Below, piece by piece: positions 54,523 through 64,000 of a stretch of 64,000 nt of DNA. Made by a program: the position numbers and the translations under genes. The stretch lies in assembly GCA_963803435.1 (NCBI GenBank), contig CAWDML010000008.1, forward strand, positions 64,001 to 128,000, read 5' to 3'. The notes under the pieces were generated by a model. The model was not told where the DNA came from and made no database searches. It was given only the letters and a program-made list of their open reading frames with translations. This stretch comes from an uncultured delta proteobacterium. Its GTDB lineage: Bacteria; Myxococcota; Kuafuiibacteriia; Kuafuiibacteriales; Kuafuiibacteriaceae. Every line of letters begins with the position of its first letter. Position 1 is the first letter of the stretch.

Positions 54523-55521
54523 GTGAAGAAGCTCGTCGAGCGGGGACGCGTCTTCCTTCCCTGGATCTCGCTCGCGACCGGGATCGGCACCGGAGTGATC
54601 ATGGACCGCCGCCCCGAGCGCGCGCCCTTGATCGCGATCGCGGCCGGCGTCGGCTGGTTCGTCCTCTCGGGTGGGCTCCTCGCCGGCAAGCTGATCACGA
54701 ATCGCCTGGAGAAGCGACGCGAGCTGGCGGAGCGGCTGGTCGCGTTCTCGCACTTCGCGGGCATGCAGAGCATTACCCAGCTGTGCATCTTCTTCTCCTT
54801 TCCGTTCTACGTGCGGGCGGCCTCGCTCCGGCTCGATCACGCGGTGTTCCTCGGTCTGGTGGCCCTCGCCGGCGCCGTCTCGCTGTGGGACCCGCTCTAC
54901 GAGTGGGTGCTGGCGCGCCCCTGGGCCCGAGCCTTCACCCAGGCCTTCGCCACGTTCTCGGGGCTCAACTGCGTGCTGCCGATCCTCGGGCTCAGCAACC
55001 GGGCCAGCCTCTACGTCTCGGCCGCCGCCACCGTGGTCGGATCGCCGCTGATCGCCTCGGTGGGTCGCCGCATCAAGGAGGGCGTGAGCCGTCCCTTGCT
55101 GCTCCAGCTGGCGGCCGCCTCGGCGATCCCGTTCCTCCTGGTGGCGGGGGCAGCCAGCGCGATTCCGCCCGCGCCGCTCCGGCTGACCGAGTCGGCGATC
55201 GGGACCCAGATCCGGGACAAGTCGGTGCTGGATCCGAGCACCTCCTTCGAGAGGGTGCCCGCCCAGCTGGTCTGCTTCACCTCGATCCGCGCGCCGAGAG
55301 GCCTGCGCGATCAGCTGCTTCACGTCTGGCGTCACGGCCGCTCGGTCCGCGATCGCGTCGTGCTGGACGTGGTGGGCGGTCGCGAGGCCGGCTATCGAAC
55401 CTGGTCCATCAAGCAGAACCTGGGCGCAGAGCCCGACGGCAAGTGGAGCTGTACGGTGGAGACGGCCAGCGGTCAGGTGCTGGGGCGCGCCTCGGTGCGC
55501 ATCGGGCCCACGGATCCATGA
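54523..55521 (+). CDS. DUF5924/DUF2914-like membrane protein
   Basis: N-terminal TMs; CFTSIRAPRGL...HVW...GGREAGYRTWS.K....GKW...VET..GQVLG. Confidence 0.8.
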   Translation: MKKLVERGRVFLPWISLATGIGTGVIMDRRPERAPLIAIAAGVGWFVLSGGLLAGKLITNRLEKRRELAERLVAFSHFAGMQSITQLCIFFSFPFYVRAASLRLDHAVFLGLVALAGAVSLWDPLYEWVLARPWARAFTQAFATFSGLNCVLPILGLSNRASLYVSAAATVVGSPLIASVGRRIKEGVSRPLLLQLAAASAIPFLLVAGAASAIPPAPLRLTESAIGTQIRDKSVLDPSTSFERVPAQLVCFTSIRAPRGLRDQLLHVWRHGRSVRDRVVLDVVGGREAGYRTWSIKQNLGAEPDGKWSCTVETASGQVLGRASVRIGPTDP

Positions 55522-55659
55522 ACAGCTCGTCGGCCGAGTCCATCAAGGTGGCGCAATCGAGATCGAGAGGCGCTCGCACCATCGGTCTTTCACCGAGGCT
55601 CCGATTGGGACAGACCGCGGGCGACCGGCGACAATCCACCTGCGTCGGATTCGGTTTGA

Positions 55660-55675
55660 TGGCATGCGGCCTGCC
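55660..55675 (+). promoter_or_regulatory. Possible sigma54 promoter
   Basis: TGGCATGCGGCCTGCC, GG-N10-GC, ~22 nt before ATG 55697. Confidence 0.45.
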
Positions 55676-55696
55676 GGTCTAGAAGGCGGGCAGGTC

Positions 55697-56776
55697 ATGC
55701 GAAAGATCTCGATCCTCGCCGCGCTCGTCCTCCTCTCCTGTGCCGCCAGCAAGGACACCCGCCCGCCTGCGCACGAGGAGCACGAGGCCGCGTTCGAGAA
55801 GACGCCGATGATCCGCGAAGACGAGCCGAGGCTTCGAAACCTCAGGCGGCTGACCGACGGTGGTGAGAACGCGGAGGCCTACTGGAGCAAGGACGGCGCC
55901 GAGCTGATCTTCCAGTCCACGCGCAACGGCCTCGAGTGCGATCAGATCTTCCGCATGAACGCGGACGGCTCGGGCGTCCGGCAGGTCTCGGTGCCGGGCG
56001 GACGGACCACGTGCAGCTACATCCAGATCGACGGCTCGATCATCTACGCCTCGACGCACGGTCACGGCGGGGGCTGCCTGTGGAAGCCCGACTTCTCGCA
56101 GGGCTACGTCTGGCCGCTCTACCCCGAGATGGATATCTGGGCCGCCGATGCCGACGGCGCCAACCCCCACGTCCTCTTCGAGTCCCCCGGCTACGACGCC
56201 GAGGCGACCATCTGTCCCGTCGACGGCCGCATCATCTTCACCTCGAGCAAGGACGGCGACATCGACCTGTACGTGATGGACCGCGACGGGAAGAACGTGA
56301 AGCGGATGACCGACACGCCCGGCTACGACGGAGGCGCCTTCTTCTCCCCCGACTGCAGCAAGATCGTCTGGCGGGCCTCACGGCCGCAGGGAGAGGATCT
56401 CGAGAAGTTCCGCGCACTGCTGAAGCAACACATGGTCCGGCCGACCAGCCTCGAGATCTACGTGATGGACGCGGACGGCTCGAACGTGGTCCAGGTGACG
56501 CACAACGGGAAAGCCAACTTTGCGCCGTACCTCAACGCCGACAACCAGCATATCTTGTTCGCGAGCAACATGGATGATCCGAAGGGCCGCAACTTCGATA
56601 TCTACATGATCCACACCGACGGCACCGGCCTCGAGCGCATCACCCGCAACCCGACCTTCGACGGTTTCCCGATGTGGACCCACGACAGCAAGCGGCTGGT
56701 CTTCGCCTCGAACCGCGCCGACTCGAAGCCGGGCGAGACGAACCTCTTCGTCGCCGACTTCGTCTGGGAGGAGTGA
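55697..56776 (+). CDS. TolB-like PD40 beta-propeller lipoprotein
   Basis: LLSC lipobox; GGENAEAYWS, GYDAEAT, GYDGGAFFSPD, FDGFPM. Confidence 0.9.
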   Translation: MRKISILAALVLLSCAASKDTRPPAHEEHEAAFEKTPMIREDEPRLRNLRRLTDGGENAEAYWSKDGAELIFQSTRNGLECDQIFRMNADGSGVRQVSVPGGRTTCSYIQIDGSIIYASTHGHGGGCLWKPDFSQGYVWPLYPEMDIWAADADGANPHVLFESPGYDAEATICPVDGRIIFTSSKDGDIDLYVMDRDGKNVKRMTDTPGYDGGAFFSPDCSKIVWRASRPQGEDLEKFRALLKQHMVRPTSLEIYVMDADGSNVVQVTHNGKANFAPYLNADNQHILFASNMDDPKGRNFDIYMIHTDGTGLERITRNPTFDGFPMWTHDSKRLVFASNRADSKPGETNLFVADFVWEE

Positions 56777-57568
56777 GCCATCTACCTCCTGCTCAACATC
56801 GGCCAGGCGCTGTTCCTCGCCTTCTGGACCTCCGTCTGCATCACGCTGGCCTTGATCGCCAGCGTGTTCTCCTCCGAGCTGCCGCTCTGGATGGCCCGCC
56901 ACCTCTGGGCCCCCCCGCTGCTGTTCTTCGTGTTCTCCGACTTCGAGGTGCTCGAGGGCCCGCAGCTCGATCCGGGTCGCGCCTACGTCTTCGTGATGAA
57001 CCACCAGAGCATGCTCGACATCCCGGTGGCCTTCGCCTTCATACCGCTCAACATCCGGTTCGTCTTCAAGAAGATCCTCTACTGGGTCCCGTTCCTCGGC
57101 TGGTTTCTCTGGCGCACCAAGATGGTCGCCGTCGACCGCCGTAACCCGATGCAGGCCTACGGCAGCCTCAGCGAAGGGGTTCGCCGGGCGAAGCGCGGGA
57201 TCAGCATCATCGCCTATCCCGAGGGCACCCGGAGTACGGACGGCGAGATCCTCAAGTTCAAGCGTGGCCCCTTCGTCCTCGCCCAGGCCGCCGGTGCCGC
57301 CATCGTCCCGGTCGCGGTCGAAGGCACCGGTCACGTGCTTCCGCGCGCCGGCTTCCGCATCCGGGGCGGCCAGGTCCGCTTCAAGATCGGCGCCCCGATC
57401 GACACGGCCGAGTTTGGATCCGGCCACGCCGAGATCGATCGCCTCCGCCAGTCCGCGCGCCACGCGCTGATCGCGCTCCACCGCGAGATCGGCGGCAAGG
57501 GCGGCCCGCTCACCCCCGACCGCAAACAAAGAAAGAAGACGGAAGAAACCGCCGCCTCCGCGCTCTGA
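56773..57568 (+). CDS. plsC: 1-acyl-sn-glycerol-3-phosphate acyltransferase (probable indel just after GTG start)
   Basis: NHQSMLD, YPEGTRS, FKRG, IVPV; frame open from 56777. Confidence 0.85.
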
Positions 57569-57590
57569 CCAACGAAAGCGTCCGCTCCTA

Positions 57591-57708
57591 CGGCGGTCAC
57601 AGTCACCGTCACGGTCAACGTACGGAGCGCGATCCGAGCACCGGTCGGTACCCGAGCTCCGTTTCTTCGTGACCGTGCCGCGTGATGGTGACGGTGACGG
57701 TGACGGTG
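57591..57708. repeat. Inverted hexamer-repeat element (GTCACN)n...(GTGACG)n
   Basis: GTCACAGTCACCGTCACGGTCA at 57596-57617 is complementary to GTGATGGTGACGGTGACGGTGACGGTG at 57682-57708. Confidence 0.7.
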
Positions 57709-57758
57709 GGGGGAGATGCAGGCGGGTTGACCCGCCCCGCGCCGTACGGATACGGCGC

Positions 57759-58430
57759 ATGGCCGTGGGCGTCGACTCGCTGACCGCCGCGATCCACTGG
57801 CTCGAGGATCTGCGCGAGACCGCGGAGCTCGATCTCCTCGGGCGCGCGGGTGCGATCGCGCGTGAGACCCGCGCGCACGCGCTCCGCGATCGGGCGGCGC
57901 GCCGGTACTTTCGCGCGTACCCGGACGCGAGGAGGCTGCGGCTCGGCGCCGCGGCGGGGCAGGCCGAGGGCTGGCTCGACGGTCGGTTCGATCTGAGCCG
58001 GCGCCTCCCGTTCGAGGACTCGTGCTTCGATGAGATTCTGATCGACGGCGCGCTCGAGTGTCTCGAGTACGCTCAGGGCTGCTTCAACCTCCGGGAGTGC
58101 CGGCGTGTGCTGAAGCCGAGCGGGCGGCTTCGCGTCGTCACCCACGACCTGGCCGCGCTGCTCGCGCTGTATCGTCCCGAGCGAACGGCGGCGGAGGAGG
58201 CGTACCTCCGCGAGCTCACCGACCGCTTCCTGCCCGGGCTCGGGCGGTACGAGCCGGTCTTTGTGGTGAACCTGGCGATGCGGTTCGAGCGGCACCGGTT
58301 CCTCTACGACGCGCCCCTCCTCGAGGAGTCCCTACGAGAGGCCGGCTTCGGCGAGGTCGAGCGCGGGGAGCCCAGGTCGATGGCGTCTCACCAGCGCTGC
58401 TGGATGTTCGCGATGAACGCGTACGGATAG
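57759..58430 (+). CDS. Class I SAM-dependent methyltransferase-like protein
   Basis: DLSRRLPFEDSCFD, LRECRRVLKPSGRLRVVTHDL, HRFLYD, LREAGF. Confidence 0.75.
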   Translation: MAVGVDSLTAAIHWLEDLRETAELDLLGRAGAIARETRAHALRDRAARRYFRAYPDARRLRLGAAAGQAEGWLDGRFDLSRRLPFEDSCFDEILIDGALECLEYAQGCFNLRECRRVLKPSGRLRVVTHDLAALLALYRPERTAAEEAYLRELTDRFLPGLGRYEPVFVVNLAMRFERHRFLYDAPLLEESLREAGFGEVERGEPRSMASHQRCWMFAMNAYG

Positions 58431-59413
58431 CCCAGATCGATCGCGCTGGCCTCGTCGAGGCGCTTCACGTCGTCGGAGTCCAGCGAGAGCTGCGATGCGC
58501 GGAGGTTCTCGTCGAGCTGATCGATCGACCGGGCTCCAAAGATCACCGAGGTGACGGCCGGCTTACCGAGCAGCCACGAGAGCGACACCTGCGAGGCCGA
58601 GGCGTCCACCTTGGCCGCGACCTCCAGCACCGCATCGAGGATCTTCCAGTTGCGCTCGGCGTCGAAACGCGCGTAGCGCTCCTTCCACTTCTCGAGCCGC
58701 GAACCCTGCGGGGGCGGCTGGTTGCGCCGGTACTTGCCGGACAGGAAGCCTCCCGCCAGCGGTGACCAGGGCAGGATGCCGAGCCCGAACTTCTGACACG
58801 CGGGCACGTGCTCGCGCTCGAGCGAGCGCTCCAGCAAGCTGTACTGGGCCTGCAGCGCCGCGAAGCGGTGGAGGCGGTCACGCTGGCTGATCATCACGCT
58901 CTCGACCATTCGATAAGCGGCGTAGTTGCTGCAGCCGAAGTAGAGCACCTTGCCCTGGTGGACCAGGTCGTCGAGCGCGCCCACGATCTCTTCTTCGGGC
59001 GTCTCGATGTCCTGCATGTGGATCTGATAGAGGTCGATCCGATCGGTCTTCAACCTCCTGAGGCTGTCCTCGACCGCACGCATGATCCGATAGCGCGAGG
59101 CGCCGCTCCCGTTGGGGCCCTGCCGCATGCGGAACCGGAACTTGGTGGCGAGCACCACGTCGTCTCGCCGCTTGTCCTTCTCGAACCACTTTCCGATGAC
59201 GCGCTCGGAGAGACCGTCCTGTCCGTAGACGTCCGCGGTGTCGATGAAGTTGATGCCCGCCTCCAGGGCGCGGTTCATGATCGCGAACGAGGTTTTCTCG
59301 TCCGCGCTCACCTTGTGCATCATCGAGGTCTCATCGGCTTCGCCGAACGTCATGGCGCCCAGGCAGAGCGTCGAGACCTTGACCCCCGTGTGGCCGAGAT
59401 TCCGGTATTCCAT
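58388..59413 (-). CDS. Aldo/keto reductase
   Basis: MEYRNLGHTGVKVS.LCLG.MTFG, GINFIDTADVY, SLRRLKTDRIDLYQIH, WSPLAGG.L.GKY. Confidence 0.95.
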   Translation of the reverse strand: MEYRNLGHTGVKVSTLCLGAMTFGEADETSMMHKVSADEKTSFAIMNRALEAGINFIDTADVYGQDGLSERVIGKWFEKDKRRDDVVLATKFRFRMRQGPNGSGASRYRIMRAVEDSLRRLKTDRIDLYQIHMQDIETPEEEIVGALDDLVHQGKVLYFGCSNYAAYRMVESVMISQRDRLHRFAALQAQYSLLERSLEREHVPACQKFGLGILPWSPLAGGFLSGKYRRNQPPPQGSRLEKWKERYARFDAERNWKILDAVLEVAAKVDASASQVSLSWLLGKPAVTSVIFGARSIDQLDENLRASQLSLDSDDVKRLDEASAIDLGYPYAFIANIQQRW

Positions 59414-59444
59414 GTCGCGGGCTTCGCGCCCGCGCCGGCGCGAG

Positions 59445-60266
59445 TCAAGACGCCGGCACCTCAATCGGGATCATGACCTTCTTGGCGAGCCGCTCGGCTG
59501 TGGCGAGAAAGTCCTCCTGGTAGCGGCTGCGGGCCAGCTCCAGCGAGCCACCCTCCTTCTTCTCCGCCCGCAGCACCGCGTCGTCGCCGTCGCGGGCCAC
59601 CATGAACCTCGCCACGTGCGCGAGCATGACGGTCTCGCTGACGTCCTTGCTCGTGAGCAGCTTGCGCTCCACCACCACGAGCGTGCGGACGTTGGGATCG
59701 ACGACCGCGGTCAGCGACTTGAGCACTCCGCCCGCGAGCGTGTACTCCCACTTCTCCATCGGCTCCAGCGGCCGCGCCAGCTTCTTGGGCGCGTCGATCG
59801 GCTCGCGCGCCACCATGTGGTCGACGTCGTGCACGCCGAGCACGACCGGGAGATCGATCGACTCCACGATCGCGCGGATCGCCTTGGCGCCCGGGGCCGC
59901 CTCCGCCTCCGCAGCCGGACGCTGGAAGCGCACCGACCGGACGAAGCCGGCCGGCTTGCCCGACTCGGCCGTCATGGCCGCGGTGTCCTCCCCGACGCGC
60001 GCGAACCCGCGCGGCCCGAGCGAGCGCTCCTCGAGCCTCGCCAGCAACGGCTCGGACTGGGCGACCTCCGCGTGCCGCGGGATGCGGAAGTCGACCACCA
60101 GATCGATCCGGCGCCCGTCCTCGCCCGCGCCGACCACGAGCCGGGTGGGCCGGAACTCAGCCTTCCCGAAGCGGTAGAGGAGCGAGCAGCCCCCGTCCTG
60201 CGGGGGACCGAGGCGATAGCGCGGTCCGAGCTTTGCCATCAGCTCGTCGACCCAGGTCTGGTCCAT
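59445..60266 (-). CDS. Hypothetical protein
   Basis: MDQTWVDELMAKLGPRY...; strong codon bias; C-terminal part of ORF 59445..61820. Confidence 0.7.
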   Translation of the reverse strand: MDQTWVDELMAKLGPRYRLGPPQDGGCSLLYRFGKAEFRPTRLVVGAGEDGRRIDLVVDFRIPRHAEVAQSEPLLARLEERSLGPRGFARVGEDTAAMTAESGKPAGFVRSVRFQRPAAEAEAAPGAKAIRAIVESIDLPVVLGVHDVDHMVAREPIDAPKKLARPLEPMEKWEYTLAGGVLKSLTAVVDPNVRTLVVVERKLLTSKDVSETVMLAHVARFMVARDGDDAVLRAEKKEGGSLELARSRYQEDFLATAERLAKKVMIPIEVPAS

Positions 60267-60320
60267 GGGCGGACCATAGGCAGTAGATCCGAACCCTGGC
60301 AACGCGGTTAGACTCGGACC

Positions 60321-61901
60321 GTGCGAGGTGCGCTCCTCGGCGCGATCGTCCTCGCGATCGCCCCGTCGCTCGGATGCCGGCAGCGGCTCCCGATCGAGGT
60401 CGGCGACACGGACTTCGAGTACGGCTTCATCGTCACCTACGGCTCGAGCGGTCCGCCCCTCCGCGTCAGCGACGTCTTCGGCGTGAAGGAGGGCCGGGTC
60501 GTCTTCGGCGGGCCGCCGGCCGTCACGCTCGAGGACAAGGAGACTCGGTTCGTCTTCGTGGCGCTCACTGCGGATCAGCTCCACCCATCCTTCGACCGCG
60601 ACCGCGCCTCCGAGATGGAGGCCGTCCTCTCGCCGCCGCCGGACGACCTGGAGGTCGAGGGTACCGGCCTCACGCATCTGGTGGCGCGGACGGCGCTCCC
60701 CAAGGAGGCCGAGCTGCTCACGTCCGACCTCGCCACGGCGAGCGGGCCGTTGCGAGCGGTGGAGCCGACCGAGTTCGAGATCTACGAGCGGGTGACGCTC
60801 CGGATCCCGGTCGATCCGGAGCACTGCCAGATCGTGGGCCAGAGCCCGCTCGAGCCATTCGCCGCCGAGGAATCGCCCGCCGGCGAGGCGCCGATCCAGA
60901 ACGTCCACTACCTCGATCGCGACCGCGCGCTGATCACCACCGTCCACCAGATCTTCGTCGTCGGGCGCGGCGCGGCCCAGCCCAGCAGCAGCTGGTCGAT
61001 CCTCTCGGACCCCGGGAACCTCCAGAGGGACATCATGGTCGACACCGCGATCGGCCCGCTCGCCTCCGACGGCAGCCGGCGGCTGGTCACCGTGGGCGGG
61101 GACTTCGATCCGGAGGCCCCGGTCTACGGCAAGGTCTGGTCGCTCCACCTCAGCGCGACCGGAACGATCACGCTCGACGCGCCCACGGTGCCCATCCCGG
61201 GCGGCCGCATCCTCGCCGCCGTGTTTCGCCCCGACGGTCGCGCGCTGATCGGCGGCACGGACGGCCAACTCTTCGAGCTCGGCCCGGGCGATACCGAGCC
61301 GACCGCCGGTGCGGTCCTGCCGCACCGGACCGACCTTTCCGACTCCTTCTACGCGATGATCCCGACGTCGGTCGGCGGCTACACGATGCTCGCGGGCGAG
61401 CGCAACCATCTGTTCCTCTTTCGCGGAGACACGTTCACGTTTCAATTCATCATGTTCGAGGGCCTCGCCGGACCCGCCAGCCTGCGCTTCCGCGGTCTCG
61501 CCGCCGTCGAGGACGCCGAAGGCGCCGACTACTGGGCCGTGGGCGATCTCGGTCAGGTCGCTCGGAAGCGCGGCGATCGGGACTGGGTGCTCCTCTCCGA
61601 GGCCGGTCGAGCGCTGAGCTTTCCCCCGCGCTTCGCGCCGTGCGCCAGCCCCAGCGTTCCGCTCTCCTTCAACCGCATGGTCACCGTCATCGCGGCCTTC
61701 GAGGGGTACGTGCACCTCGGCTTCGAGGATTGCAACGCGGTCGCGGTGGTCCGCCGCTCCGATCAGTGCGTCTCGCTGGTGACGCCGGTGAACCGCGATG
61801 TCGCCTTCCAGACCAGCCATCCCGCGACGATCGATCGCCTCGATCGACGGTTGCTCGTCGGCTACACGGAAGGCCAGGTCTACGAGACCGTCCTCCCCTG
61901 A
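60321..61901 (+). CDS. Lipoprotein with C-terminal beta-propeller
   Basis: SLGC lipobox; propeller-like blades (ALIGGTDGQLF, YWAVGDLGQV, LLVGYTEGQV). Confidence 0.75.
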   Translation: MRGALLGAIVLAIAPSLGCRQRLPIEVGDTDFEYGFIVTYGSSGPPLRVSDVFGVKEGRVVFGGPPAVTLEDKETRFVFVALTADQLHPSFDRDRASEMEAVLSPPPDDLEVEGTGLTHLVARTALPKEAELLTSDLATASGPLRAVEPTEFEIYERVTLRIPVDPEHCQIVGQSPLEPFAAEESPAGEAPIQNVHYLDRDRALITTVHQIFVVGRGAAQPSSSWSILSDPGNLQRDIMVDTAIGPLASDGSRRLVTVGGDFDPEAPVYGKVWSLHLSATGTITLDAPTVPIPGGRILAAVFRPDGRALIGGTDGQLFELGPGDTEPTAGAVLPHRTDLSDSFYAMIPTSVGGYTMLAGERNHLFLFRGDTFTFQFIMFEGLAGPASLRFRGLAAVEDAEGADYWAVGDLGQVARKRGDRDWVLLSEAGRALSFPPRFAPCASPSVPLSFNRMVTVIAAFEGYVHLGFEDCNAVAVVRRSDQCVSLVTPVNRDVAFQTSHPATIDRLDRRLLVGYTEGQVYETVLP

Positions 61902-61968
61902 ACGCCCTTTCCCGTGCCCTCTTTGACGTTGCCGTTCTCGGCTCGCCGCCGTAGCGGGTACTCATCCC

Positions 61969-62241
61969 ATGAGCGATCCAGTCCTGTGTGAGCACCTCGA
62001 AGCGATCGGAGAAGTGCGTGCTCCCATGAAGCGGGTGTGCGCCGAGTGCGTTCGGATCGGTTCGGACTGGGTGCACCTTCGCACCTGCCAAACGTGCGGC
62101 GCCACGCTCTGTTGCGATGACTCCCCGCACCGCCACATGACCGCGCACAATCGCGCGACCGGGCATCCGGTGGTCGCCTCGGCCGAGCCCGGCGAGCGGT
62201 GGCTGTGGTGCTACCCGGACGAGCTGATGGCCGGCTACTGA
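61969..62241 (+). CDS. UBP-type zinc finger protein
   Basis: CEHL, CAEC, WVHLRTCQTCG, CCDDSPHRHMTAH, EPGERWLWCY. Confidence 0.93.
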   Translation: MSDPVLCEHLEAIGEVRAPMKRVCAECVRIGSDWVHLRTCQTCGATLCCDDSPHRHMTAHNRATGHPVVASAEPGERWLWCYPDELMAGY

Positions 62242-62263
62242 TCGAACCGACTAGGCTCCACCG

Positions 62264-63918
62264 ATGACGACCAACGTCGAGCTCGATCCGAGCGATCCCT
62301 ATTCCCGCACCGCGCAGACGTTTCCCACCTTGAGCGCCGAGATGGTCTCACGGGTCGCCGCCTTCGGCACGGAGCAGCGGGTCGCCAAGGGAGACGTGGT
62401 CTTCGAGCGCGGCCAGCGCAGCGCCGACTTCTTCCTGGTGCTCGAGGGGACCATCGAGATCTTCGATTCGACGCCTATGGGGCCGAACGTCTTCGTGGTG
62501 CACCACGAGCGCCAGTTCACCGGCGAGCTCGATCTGTTCAACGACCACCGGATGCTCGTCAGCGGGCGGGCCGGCACCGACGGTCGAGTCGTTCGCGTCA
62601 AGTCGGCGGACTTCCGGCGGATGGTGACGAACGAGCCGGACCTCGGCGAGGTCATCATGCGCGCGTTCATCCTCCGCCGCGTCGGGCTCATCCGCCACGC
62701 GCAGGGCGGTGTGGCCCTGATCGGGCCGGGGCGCGACGCCGACACGCTGCGGATCGAGCGCTTCTTGTTGCGGAACGGATACCCGCATCGCTTGCTCGAC
62801 ACGGACACCGACGCCGAGGCCAAGGGCTTCCTGTCGAGCTTTGCGCTGACGCAAGACCAGCTCCCGGTCGTCGTCCAGCCGGAGTGCCGCGTCTTGAAGA
62901 ATCCCAGCAACGCGGAGCTCGCCGACGCGCTGGGCCTCACATCCACGCTCGACGAGGAGCGCGTGTACGACCTCGCCGTCGTCGGCGCAGGCCCGGCAGG
63001 GCTGGCGGCCGCCGTCTATGGGGCCTCCGAGGGGCTCGACGTCATCGTGATCGAAGGGCACGCGCCCGGCGGCCAGGCGGGCACGAGCTCGAAGATCGAG
63101 AACTACCTCGGCTTCCCCACCGGCATCAGCGGTCAGGCGTTGGCCGGCCGAGCGCAGGTGCAGGCGCAAAAGTTCGGCGCTCGCCTCGCGATCTCGCGGA
63201 ACGTCGTCGCCATCGACTGCAAGCTGCAGCCGTATCGGCTCGAGCTCGAGGGCGGCCAGCGCGTCTCGGCCCGCGCGATCGTGGTCGCGACCGGCGCGCG
63301 CTACCGCAAGCTGCGGCTCGCCAACTATGAGCGCTTGGAGGGAAGAGGCATTCAGTACGCAGCCACCGCGATGGAGGCGCAGCTCTGCAACGGCGAGGAG
63401 ATCGCGATCGTGGGCGGCGGAAACTCGGCCGGTCAGGCCGCCATGTATCTCTCCCGCTTCGCCAAGCATGTTCACATCCTGGTCCGTGGCGAGGGCCTCG
63501 CGGCCACCATGTCGGACTACCTCGTCCAGCGCATCGCGGCGTCCCCCACGTCACGCTCCACCCTCGGACCGAGATCACCGCGCTCGAAGGCGACCGTGCG
63601 CTCGCGAGCGTCACCTGGACGAACCGCGCGAGCGACCTCTCCGAGACCCAATCCATCAGCAACCTGTTCATCATGATCGGCGCGGTCCCCAACACCGACT
63701 TCCTGAGGGGCTGCCTCGAGCTCGACGACAAGGGATTCGTGTGCACCGGGCATCGACCGGGCCTGCCGTCCCGCTCGCCGTACGCGACCAGCCAGCCCGG
63801 CATCTGGGCCGTCGGCGACGTCCGCGCCGGCTCGGTCAAGCGCGTGGCGGCCGGCGTTGGCGAGGGCTCCGTGGTGGTGCAGGACATCCATCGCTTCCTG
63901 TTCCCTCCCGTCGGTTAG
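62264..63918 (+). CDS. cNMP-domain-fused thioredoxin-reductase-like FAD oxidoreductase; frameshift at ~63548
   Basis: N-terminal CNBD; VVGAGPAGLAAAVYGASEG, GTSSKIENYLGFP, VGGGNSAGQAA, GDVRAGSVKRVA. Confidence 0.9.
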
Positions 63919-64000
63919 CGGCGACGGATCGGGCTCCATGACGAAGGACGGGGATACACCAAAGGGAACAAGTCGCAGCTGCTCCGCTTTGCGCTCGACA

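Noticed and set aside
56774-56776. TGA in frame between the PD40 gene and plsC as read-through
   Set aside because: Better explained by a GTGA overlap start with a 1-nt indel; both proteins are complete known families.
63938-64000. Start of another CDS (MTKDGDTP...)
   Set aside because: Only 21 codons visible; cannot be supported.

Overview
High-GC (~70%) bacterial window with a gene repertoire typical of Myxococcota or related deltaproteobacteria: FHA-sigma54 activator, Ser/Thr kinase, PEGA/TPR proteins, Cys-rich and Ig-repeat lipoproteins, Gld/PilGHI-like ABC exporter. The taxonomy is inferred, not proven. About 48 tightly packed genes; no rRNA, tRNA, CRISPR array or intact mobile element seen. 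About 20 genes carry single-base frameshifts, many exactly at or beside GATC, which suggests methylation-linked long-read consensus errors rather than true pseudogenes. Best find: a gene split by the ORF track at 20902-21310 encoding a thioredoxin-fold lipoprotein with an in-frame TGA in a U-x-x-C active site, followed by a SECIS-like hairpin (candidate extracytoplasmic selenoprotein). Other highlights: a sigma54-driven membrane pseudokinase divergent from an FHA enhancer-binding protein, a cNMP-domain/ferredoxin/His-rich membrane fusion, a 5'-truncated prolyl-tRNA synthetase, an SdpA/SdpB-like HTTM pair, and a paralogous lipoprotein family with a shared unnamed N-terminal domain. All product calls come from motif recognition by eye; no searches were run.
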